DNA of 64,000 nt, from the NCBI RefSeq assembly GCF_963506605.1, contig NC_083287.1, positions 58,342,001-58,406,000 of the forward strand. Reading direction: 5' to 3'. The number at the start of each line of letters is the position of its first letter. Position 1 is the stretch's first letter. This DNA comes from Zootoca vivipara (Eukaryota). The notes under the pieces are model-generated. The model saw nothing but the letters and a program-made list of their open reading frames with translations, was not told the origin of the DNA and ran no database searches. Shown piece after piece: positions 1 through 9,243 of the stretch. The translations under genes were made by a program, and so were the position numbers.

Positions 1-1934
1 TCCTTCTCAATCTGGGTAGGGCTGCCTAATGATATTCTCAAGTCGCCTGTCTCTGGGCTCTCTGTGTCCTTCCTTGACTGCGGAACAAAAGAGGACCCTT
101 CACTTCCCCCCCCCCCCCGACACTTCAGTCCTGCTGTGAAATCGCCTCCTCATATCAACTTTTAGGAAACCCACCAACCACTGACAACACTCTACACCCT
201 TAATGCAGTTAGGTCCTCAGAACGTCTTTATTCAAAATGGGAAAAAAAGATTTATAGGCTCCTTTTCCTTTTTGCTGTATTTATTTATTTATCATATTTA
301 TATACCACCTGTATCTTCCAGGGGTCTCGAGGTGGTATACATTTCATCCTCACAACAACCCTGTGAAGTAGGTTAGGCTGAGAGGCAGTGATGGGCCCAA
401 GCTCACCCAGTGAGCTTCGTGGCTGAGTGGGGATTCGAACCCTGCTCCCCCAGGTCTTAGTCTGGCACTCGTAGTCCGTTACGCCACCACCTTGATATCT
501 GTAATAAACAAACACAGGCTGTGTATTTTTACTTGGTCAAAATAACGCCTTGCAATGTTTTCTCGTCAAAAGAAATATTATTCTCTTCTGTTATTCGATA
601 GAGAAGGCGACACATCTTAACACCTTTCGTCTCTCTTTCTGCCGTCTTGGTGGCTCAGCACACCTAGGTTCAAGTCTGCTGCTTTTAAAAAATGAACAGC
701 CCTCTTTCCCCATCTCTTTCCGCATTGTAACATCCCTTATGATGCAATGCTGGATACGTCCCGTTTCAATTTCCTGTTAGTACTGTACATATAAAATTCC
801 AGTCTGAACTGCACTGTTATAGGTGGGAGGGGGGCCAGTCTGGATGATGCCCTGAGTGTCTTCCAATTCTTGGGCTCCTCCTGCTTCTGCATCAAAGTGA
901 ATTGTAGCTCCTCTGTGATAAGATATCCTAAGAATTGCCACTGTCTGCCTTAAGGTAGTCTCCCCTGGTGAATTTAATGCCTGAGACGGGTTTTGAACTA
1001 GTGCTGTAGGCTCTGCACCAGCCCTTAGTCATGAGCATTAATTTCAGCAGGTCTACGCCGAGTAAAATCAGTTTAAAAGAACTTGATGTGGATATTTCCC
1101 CCAGTGCTGCCTTGTAAGAATATTTCTAGACTCATTGTTCTTTCTACGTCGTTTATTTGTACCTGCTCTTCCTCCTTTTTTCACCTCCCCCTTGGTGACA
1201 GTTCTAAAAACATCTTCTTTTTATTAGAGGCTTTTCTAAAAGTGGCAAGAATATGCCAGGGATATGCACAGTGCATTCGCTTATTTATTTATAAAGCGTT
1301 TAGCCCAAAACAACCCATAACAACCACGCTTCCAGATCAACGAAAAACAATCTAAAACAGGTGGCATAAAAGGAAAGGGGAATGGGGAGGGAGGAGGAAA
1401 GGAATAAGCTCAGGTACCAGTTCTTCAAGTTATAATGACCAGTTGGGGTGGAAACAGCACAGAGATCTTGATGGAAGGGCTGCTGCGAGGTGACAGTTGC
1501 AGAAGAGCCAGAGGCAGCTCTGAGCAGCCATGATAGAATAACCCTGCTTTCTTTTTCCCTCTTTCTGCTCTGCAGCCTGCTGGAATGTAGGCATTTGCCC
1601 TGTATGTCCATTTCCAGCGTGGTCTACTTTAAAAATGTTTCTATCTAAGCCCTTTCATGTAAAGTCAGGCTGCACCTTCAGGCGCCCTTCCTAGACATGC
1701 GTATTCCTCCCATTGTTCTTCTGCATTCTGACTGCGAATGCAAGAGAAGTGTTTTAGGGACACAGCTAGCAACCTTTGTTTTTTTGGGGGGGTGGGGTTA
1801 TATTCCAGCCAAAGTGGCCACTCGTCAGCTTAAATCCTGGGCACCCCAACATGGCACCCCAGTAGCCTCATGCCCAGGCCTTGGCCCCCCCATTTTTAAT
1901 GATTGTTGCCTTTTTAACCAAGGATGGGGCTGAA

Positions 1935-2395
1935 GTGACTGGAAAGTCATAGTTATGTATGGGACCACGACTACACGGATGTTATTAGCCCAGAGATGGA
2001 AAGAAAATAAAGTCCCTACCAGAGAAGAAGGGCAGGTCAAGTGGATGGATTAGGCCGAAATGGCAAAACTGACCGGAAGAATCAGAAATCAGGAAGACCA
2101 AAATTTCAATAAGGAATGGGGAACATTTATGACTTATCTTAAAGACCATTGTACACAGTTAACATCATTAGTAAGATTGGAATATCACTCGTAGTTTAAG
2201 GGTGAATTTTGGACACAATGGAGAGGTAAAAGATTTGGATTATCATAAAAGATGCAGGAGGAAATGATTAACAGTAGGACCCACAAAGGGGAGGAGGGAA
2301 GTCTGGGAGATTCCTCGGAATCTACTTTTTATGTTGTATGTTGAATATGTGACTGTAAAATCTTAATCTGAAAAACGAAATAAATACTTTAAAAA
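1935..2395 (+). mobile_element. Degraded L1/Tx1-type LINE 3' fragment
   Basis: Remnant of the L1 ORF2 C-terminus (LLAQRWKENKVPTREE-like) followed by an A-rich 3' end. Confidence 0.5.
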
Positions 2396-3029
2396 TAATG
2401 ATGAAGTGAGTGGAAAGTGGCATGCGGGCATCTCGTGACCCCTTGACCTTCCCCCAGAATGTCTCTGTGCCCCACATGGGCCCCATAGGGAAGGGAGAGC
2501 AGACAGACAAGCTAGACTAGAGGCATAAGGGGGCATGGGACCAGGGGTGAGGCTTAGCTGAGGCCCCTCGTCTTTAATTCAACTTGGTGCCTTTGTGGCC
2601 GGGGGGGGGGGGGTTACAAAAACATATTCTATTAGTTTAAGTTGGTTGCAAATGTGTGTGCGTTATGCAATAGCACATCAGGTATGCGTGCACTAAAATC
2701 CTGCTAAATTTTCAAGGGAACTTTTTGCAAACTGATGCAGACGTGGAGAACTTTGGGGGGGGGAGGAAAACGAGAAACCACACTTGACAGATTCATCCAT
2801 TCTTCATTTGGGCAGAAAAAGTGTTGCTCACATATGAAGGTACGGATATTGCTGTCACACATGTCCAATAATCAGGGAGACAATTCCAAAAATCCGATTG
2901 ATTGTAGACTTTTATTTGGATGAAATGTACTTTCAGATTTAAGTTATTTTATGCTTGTTGAGGATTACGTCATTTTTGTGACTGTAAACTGGACAGTGGG
3001 GGTGCCTGCCACGAATAATAAATTTTGGC

Positions 3030-3089
3030 AATATAATAATTTACATGAAGAGTGACCAGAGGGTCACTCTTCATGTAAATTAATATATT
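3030..3089. repeat. Inverted repeat/hairpin: 21-bp perfect stem, 4-nt loop
   Basis: taatttacatgaagagtgacc (3037-3057), loop agag, ggtcactcttcatgtaaatta (3062-3082); extends further after one mismatch. Confidence 0.9.
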
Positions 3090-3256
3090 AGCAACTGTAA
3101 GTTAAAGGTCCGATTCATATGTGCTTATTAAACAAGTCAGACCTTGACACACACACACACACAAAAACCAGGGTTGGGGGAGATTATTGTGGAAAACTGA
3201 GATCACAAGGGGGCTTATGTGTCTTTTGCAGAAATAAGCCGGAAGGATCTGCTCTG

Positions 3257-4600
3257 TCAGGGTGGCAACTGGAACATAACATCCACTTCCGCCTCCCTTG
3301 CCAGGTTCATTATTGCTGAGAGCTTCACGGCCATTTTGGCGGCCTTATCCAGATCGTCGCAGGGCAAGATCCTCAGGCCGCTCTCGGCGATCAAAACCTT
3401 CGCGTCTTTGACCCGCGTGCCTTGCAACCGCACGACCACCGGTACTTTGAGATCCAGGTCTTTGACCGACATTATGATGCCGTGCGCGATGACGTCGCAC
3501 CTCATGAGCCCCCCGAAAATATTGACCAGGATGGCCTGCACGTTTTCATTGGACGTGATGAGCTTGAAGGCCTCCGTCACTTGCTCCACGGTGGCGCCGC
3601 CCCCGACGTTGAGGTAGTTGGCCGGGGTTCCTCCATTCAGCTTGATGATGTCCATGGTAGCCATCGCCAAGCCGGCGCCGTTCACCAGGCACCCGATGTT
3701 CCCGTCTAAGCCGATGTAGTTGAGCTCTGCGTGGGCCGCGTCTCTGTCATCCTCCGTCAACTGGGTCCAGTCCTGCAGGTCAAAGATCTTCTTCTGTCGA
3801 AACGCCGAGTTGCTGTCGAAAATGATCTTGGCATCCATGCACATCACTCTCCCCGTCGAGTCCTCCACCATGGGGTTGATCTCCACCATGTGGGCGTCAT
3901 GCTGAATGAAGAAGTCGTAGAGCTTCACGATATTGTCCGCGGCTTCGTACACCAGGTTAGGAGGGAAGCCCATCTTCTCGGCGACCTTCAGGGCCTGGTC
4001 GCTCTGAAGGCCTTCCACAATGTCAACGGGCTCCTTGATGATGGTCTCTGGTTTCCCCGCCGCGATGTCTTCAATGTCAACGCCCCCCCGGGAGTTGGCG
4101 ATGATCACGGGGCCCTGGAAGGACCTCTCCATCATGATCGCAAAGTAGTATTCCCTCCGGAGGTACCTGCGCTCGCAGATGAGGACTTGGTTGCAGATGC
4201 GGCCTTCTTCTCCCGTCTGCTTGGTGAAGAGCCTCCTGCCAATCATCAGGGAGGCGATCTCCCGGGCTTCTTCCGGAGAATAGACAATCCTTACTCCTCC
4301 TTTCAGGCCACCCTCAAAGGTCCCCTTCTCCCGCCCCCCTGTCAAAACCTGCGCCTTAACCACCAGGTCCGTGGTGCCAATGTCTCTCGCCACCTGGTAG
4401 GCTTCTTCCGGTGTCCTCGCAACCAGTCCGTAGGGAACGGAAATGCCGGCGTCTTTCAAGAGCTTCATGCACAGGTACTCGTGCAGAGACAAGCTCCTTT
4501 GTTGCTGCGTGGGCAGCCCATGGCGCTTACATCCTGGGTTCCCACCCAGCACCCTGGCCATGGTGGTCTTCACCATCCTCACCGCCTGCCTGCAGATCAT
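3257..4600 (-). CDS. SUCLA2: Intronless SUCLA2-like retrogene copy A (succinate-CoA ligase [ADP-forming] beta subunit-like, ~447 aa), divergent
   Basis: Uninterrupted ORF with full-length similarity to vertebrate SUCLA2 ([45 protein letters not shown]-terminal FQLPP). No introns, whereas the parent is multi-exon. First ATG at 4600 (track ORF starts at GTG 4702). AATAAA on the minus strand at 2911-2916. Confidence 0.9.
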   Translation of the reverse strand: MICRQAVRMVKTTMARVLGGNPGCKRHGLPTQQQRSLSLHEYLCMKLLKDAGISVPYGLVARTPEEAYQVARDIGTTDLVVKAQVLTGGREKGTFEGGLKGGVRIVYSPEEAREIASLMIGRRLFTKQTGEEGRICNQVLICERRYLRREYYFAIMMERSFQGPVIIANSRGGVDIEDIAAGKPETIIKEPVDIVEGLQSDQALKVAEKMGFPPNLVYEAADNIVKLYDFFIQHDAHMVEINPMVEDSTGRVMCMDAKIIFDSNSAFRQKKIFDLQDWTQLTEDDRDAAHAELNYIGLDGNIGCLVNGAGLAMATMDIIKLNGGTPANYLNVGGGATVEQVTEAFKLITSNENVQAILVNIFGGLMRCDVIAHGIIMSVKDLDLKVPVVVRLQGTRVKDAKVLIAESGLRILPCDDLDKAAKMAVKLSAIMNLAREAEVDVMFQLPP

Positions 4601-4717
4601 GGAGGTATCTTTCACCCACTTTTCCCAACTTCTTCTCCTTCCCAGACTTTCCAACTGGCCCCTGGAGAGAGACTTCCCCAAGTTCCTTTTCCAACAGTCC
4701 ACCTCCCTGGCCTTCTC

Positions 4718-4750
4718 ATTGGCCAGGGCAAAAAGTTCACAGTGACATCA
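4718..4750 (-). promoter_or_regulatory. Candidate promoter of SUCLA2-like copy A: CRE-like TGATGTCA plus CCAAT box
   Basis: TGATGTCA (4750-4743), then 20 nt, then CCAAT (4722-4718). Same motifs and spacing upstream of copy B. Confidence 0.5.
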
Positions 4751-4824
4751 CAGAATCATAGAACTGTAGAGGTGGAAGGGACCCTGAGGGTCATCCAGTC
4801 CAACCCCCTGCAATGCAGGAATCT
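4749..4824 (-). mobile_element. SINE 3' fragment with CR1-derived tail
   Basis: Reverse of the attcctgcattgcagggggttggactggatgacc...ttctatgattct tail seen in many copies in this window. Confidence 0.7.
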
Positions 4825-4829
4825 CAACC

Positions 4830-5480
4830 CAGCGTTATAAGAATTCTAAGGTCCCAAATATAAAATAAACGTTCATAAATGTACAAGGCAAACACGTACG
4901 TAAGTGTCTGAAATAGTACAGGAGAGCAGTCCTGAAGCCATTTTGACTCTCGCAAACCATTTTGACTCCCAAATTGACCTGAAATATTTCTCTGCAAGGA
5001 GGAAGGCCTTCCCTTTGTCTTTTTGCTTATAAATCCTGTAACTTGTGTATGAAGAGGGTGAGCCTGTGACCTGGATTCGGGAATTAATGTGTTTACCATC
5101 ACAAAAGAATGGCCAGGCTGCTCAGGTAAAGCAATCAGTGACCATTATCAGGTATCCTGGCAAACAGGATTTCTGCTGTAGACCGCCCCCTTCTGCGATG
5201 TATGCATGATGTTTTGGGGGTGGTCTCTGGCTACAGGATGGGCAATTTCAAAAGTCTATATAACGGCCTGGACACCCTTGTTCTGGGTTCCTCCTGCCTC
5301 CCTGCGTGGGGGGAGTGGGGGACCCTGTTGCAACAGTTAATGAAGATGAGGCTTCCTAGCTGCTTTGCTTCTCAATATACGCTGCTTGGCCTCTGTTATT
5401 TTCTTCTACTGATAGGGAACCCACGTAAGGACTCTATATGGGCTCTTGCATACCCCGTAAGGGAAAAGGAGCAGGTTTTT
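4830..5480 (-). repeat. Diverged inverted paralog of 17420-18495 (FBXW5 upstream region)
   Basis: Multiple colinear blocks match in reverse complement, e.g. tagctgctttgcttctcaatat...ggcctctgttattttc, gagcctgtg.cctggattc and aaatatttctctgcaagg. Confidence 0.8.
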
Positions 5481-6364
5481 TTATATATAACACCAGTGAG
5501 TGCAGAATGCTGCAGCACAATTGCTGGTGGGAGGGAAGCCTTGCCATCGTATCACACCTCTGCTGAGATATCTGCCCTTGTTGCCCATTTGCTGCCGGGC
5601 CAAGTTAACTTTATCAGGGCATGCTGAATTTTCCAACTTCCACATTCCAAAACTGAGGGATGTGCTAAAAAGTTGCAACACAACTAGGGAATTCAAAAGC
5701 TATTTTAGTTAAATTAATATAATTAGTAAGCAAAATGTGTGTATAATTGCATAGAAATAACTGCCAAGTACTTGCAGTTTTGTTTTGTTTTATATTAATA
5801 TTAATTATTTATTATTTATTTAACATTACCTGACATTTTCAGAAGGTAAAATTAAAATTCTTTGGTTTTCCAAGAGAAGTTTATGCGATTTTTGACAAAA
5901 CGTAGATTACCAAACTAAATGTTGTCCAGTCACTAAAATATTAGCAAACTTTAATTCCTCTCACCCAAAAACATAATTTTTAGAAATTCTCACTGAAGAC
6001 ATTTGAAATAATTAAGTTTCACCCCCCCTAAAACGACATGACTGATTGGCATATGTACGCTCCTTGGTAGAACCATAAACTCCGCACTTCACTTTTGCCC
6101 TGAAATGCACCTGGTTTCAATTTTCATGCTCCCCACAGACAACTAGTTGGCCTCTGTGGGAACAGGATGCAGGCCTAGATGGGCTATTGGCCTGATCCAG
6201 CAGGAGACAGTGCCCTCCCCTTTACAGGGGGGTTCTTCAGGGTGGGGAAAGTAAATATTGCAAACATCACATCCCCTCCTACCCACCCACAAATCTTAAG
6301 GGGTGTCCCGCTACAATAAGGCAACATCATTTAGACACCAAAGAGGCGTGTCTGGTCAGGGTGG

Positions 6365-6397
6365 TGATGTCATTGCGGAATCTTGGCCCCAGCCAAT
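6365..6397 (+). promoter_or_regulatory. Candidate promoter of SUCLA2-like copy B: CRE-like TGATGTCA plus CCAAT box
   Basis: TGATGTCA 6365-6372, then 20 nt, then CCAAT 6393-6397. Confidence 0.5.
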
Positions 6398-6527
6398 GGG
6401 GAGGCAGGTAGAGAAGGAATCTTGGGCATTGCCCTGCCCCTTAAAAGGACAGTTGGGAAGGTCTGTTGGAGGAGATCTGAGCAGGAGCAAGAGAAATATC
6501 CAAAGAAGGGAAGGGAAATCAGCCTCC

Positions 6528-7883
6528 ATGATCTGCCGGTGGACCTTGAGAGTGGCTGGCCTGATGGCAAGAGAAGGTTCCCTTTTGTTTGGTGGAAGCC
6601 CAGGATGGTTTAAAGGCCTTGGGCTGCAAACACAGCAGCGGAGGAGCTTGTCTCTGCATGAGTACCTGAGCATGGGGCTGCTGAAAGAAGCCGGCGTTTC
6701 CGTCCCTAATGGCCTGGTGGCCAAGACGCCGGAAGAAGCCTATAAGGCAGCGAAAGAGATCGGGACGGAGGACATAGTGGTGAAGGCACAGGTTTTGGCT
6801 GGTGGCCGGGGCAAAGGGACATTCGAAGGGGGCTTGAAAGGAGGGGTGAAGATCGTCTCCTCTCCGGAAGAAGCCCGGGAGATCGCCTCCAAGATGATCG
6901 GCAAGAAGCTCTTCACCAAGCAGACGGGAAAGCAGGGCCGGATCTGCAACCAAGTCCTCATCTGCGAGCGCCGCTACCCAAGGAAGGAGTACTACTTTGC
7001 CATCACCATGGAGAGGTCCTTCCAGGGCCCCGTGCTCATCGGCAGCTCCCAGGGGGGCGTCAACATTGAAGACGTGGCCGCCGAGGACCCCGAAGCCATC
7101 GTCAAGGAGCCCGTTGACATTGTGGAAGGCATCCGGAAGGACCAGGCCCTGAAGCTTGCCCAGAAGATGGGCTTCCCCGCCAAGGTGGCGGATGATGCCG
7201 CGGACAATATGATGAAGCTCTACAACATCTTCATTAAGTATGACGCCCTCATGGTGGAGATCAACCCCATGGCGGAAGACTCAACGGGGAAAGTGATGTG
7301 CATGGATGCCAAGATAAATTTTGACAGCAACTCGGCTTTCCGCCAGAGGAAGATCTTTGACCTGCAGGACTGGAGCCAAGAAGACGCGAGGGACCGAGAG
7401 GCGGCCAGTGTGGATTTGAACTATGTGGGGTTAGATGGGAACATCGGGTGCCTGGTGAATGGCGCTGGTTTGGCAATGGCAACCATGGACATCATCAAGC
7501 TCCACGGAGGGACACCGGCCAACTTCCTGGACGTCGGAGGCGGCGCCACAGCCGAGCAGGTCAAAGAGGCCTTCAAGCTCATCACTTCGGACGACAGGGT
7601 CCAGTCCATCCTGGTGAACATTTTCGGCGGCATCATGCGGTGCGACATCATCGCGGAAGGGATCATCATGGCGGCCACCGAGCTGGAGCTGAGCATCCCG
7701 ATCGTCGTGAGGCTGCAAGGGACGCAGGTGGACGCAGCCAAGGCCTTGATAGCAGAGAGTGACTTGGAGATCTTGGCCTGTGATGACTTAGACAAAGCTG
7801 CTGAGATGGCCGTGAAGCTGTCGGAAATCATGACCTTGGCGAGGCAAGCTCACCTGGATGTGAAGTTTCAGCTGCGAACCTGA
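6528..7883 (+). CDS. SUCLA2: Intronless SUCLA2-like retrogene copy B (~451 aa), conserved
   Basis: Uninterrupted ORF with [32 protein letters not shown] and GGIMRCD all intact. ATG at 6528 in gcctccATG context, equivalent to the second Met of MAASM. AATAAA at 8216-8221. Confidence 0.93.
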   Translation: MICRWTLRVAGLMAREGSLLFGGSPGWFKGLGLQTQQRRSLSLHEYLSMGLLKEAGVSVPNGLVAKTPEEAYKAAKEIGTEDIVVKAQVLAGGRGKGTFEGGLKGGVKIVSSPEEAREIASKMIGKKLFTKQTGKQGRICNQVLICERRYPRKEYYFAITMERSFQGPVLIGSSQGGVNIEDVAAEDPEAIVKEPVDIVEGIRKDQALKLAQKMGFPAKVADDAADNMMKLYNIFIKYDALMVEINPMAEDSTGKVMCMDAKINFDSNSAFRQRKIFDLQDWSQEDARDREAASVDLNYVGLDGNIGCLVNGAGLAMATMDIIKLHGGTPANFLDVGGGATAEQVKEAFKLITSDDRVQSILVNIFGGIMRCDIIAEGIIMAATELELSIPIVVRLQGTQVDAAKALIAESDLEILACDDLDKAAEMAVKLSEIMTLARQAHLDVKFQLRT

Positions 7884-8416
7884 GGGAGTATCACGTCCTC
7901 CTGGCTCCTGTTCCCAACCCACCCATTGCAGAATTCTGCTTTCTGAAACGCTTTCACTTGGTTCCCACCCACCCCAAATTTTGTGTGTGGTTTTGTTTTG
8001 TTTTTTGCTTAATACGTACGCTTGTTTCTGGTCTTTAAGTCACGGCTGATAATTAAAATAGTGACTATTCATATAAATGTATTATATTGCTAATATCTAC
8101 TGTTTCTTACGTTGCAGTTTTTCTTTCCTCCAGTTTACAGCTTCATAAATGAAGTCAATTTCCTAAGTTTGTTTGTTGTCAAACAGAGTTTAAAGCTGAA
8201 AATGCAGTTATTCCTAATAAAAGTCCAAAATCAATTCAGTTTGCATTTCTGATTATTTGCCTAGAAAGTCTGCGCAACAGCAGAGTCCATCTCCACATAA
8301 CTTCCTTGAGGTCGAAAGGGACCTTTGATATTTCTATGTTCTTCAGCAAGGTGAATAAAGCCAAACATACCACGGTCTTTGTGTGAACACTCGGCCTATT
8401 TGAATCAGCAATTGTT

Positions 8417-9185
8417 TCACCGTGATTCTTGAGTTGCCACAGAAAGTCCTGTAGCTTTTCTGGTTCTGATTTACATTTTATTTATTTATTTAGCAGGGCA
8501 GAAGCAGTCAAATTTGCAACTCACCATTGAGGATGTGGAACTGGTCAGCCGAGTCGCAAAACCCTGAGGGAAAGGGCCAGAGGAAGAAAAAATGAGCAAT
8601 TATCTTAGTTGTGGAGAGTAAAGAAAACCTGCTGGGGAACTCTACCCGCACCCAAGCAGAAGATTTCATCAATGACAGCAGCATGGCATAGCATGATGAA
8701 TGGATTTCTTTATATATTGAAATTAAAAGGGGGGGACACACAAAATCCACAGTCTCAAATCTTTTGCAGCATCACAACTTTCTGATGATAAGGGGGGAAA
8801 CGCTCTGCACAAGGGGGACTCATCTTGCGGGGCGCTGCAAAACATGGAGTTTTCCCTGCAAAACTGTTGCCAAAACTTGGCACCAGTTTAGAGTGATTTG
8901 GACACTGTTGGATTTTTTGAGTGTCAACCTCGTGTTTGAGGTATCGATTACTCAGATTGAGGGTACTGCAAAACGTGGGGTTTTCACTGAATAGCAAGAG
9001 CAAAACTTTGGCACATGGGGGGCATGCCAAATTTTGGCGTTTGTAGTTAATTATTGGGGGGGGGCGGTAACCTCACACCGTTTAAAGCCCAAATGGGCCC
9101 ATAGCCTTTCGTGGGTGTGAAGCGACCTCATACTCAATCACTCCTCTCTTTTACATTAAAAGTGCTAACAGCCGGGGACTTTCTA

Positions 9186-9243
<58 letters not shown>

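Noticed and set aside
1440-1545. Minus-strand peptide ILSWLLRAASGSSATVTSQQPFHQDL, faintly like a lipocalin exon 1
   Set aside because: No convincing start codon, splice donor or downstream GxW exon found.
3731-4840. 369-aa plus-strand ORF antisense to SUCLA2 copy A
   Set aside because: Shadow ORF caused by GC3-rich codon usage on the opposite strand; no recognisable domain.
6303-6527. 75-aa N-terminal extension of SUCLA2 copy B (and 34 aa for copy A, 4601-4702)
   Set aside because: Both begin at GTG, copy B's runs through the putative promoter motifs, they are not conserved between the copies at protein level, and they would mask the mitochondrial presequence.
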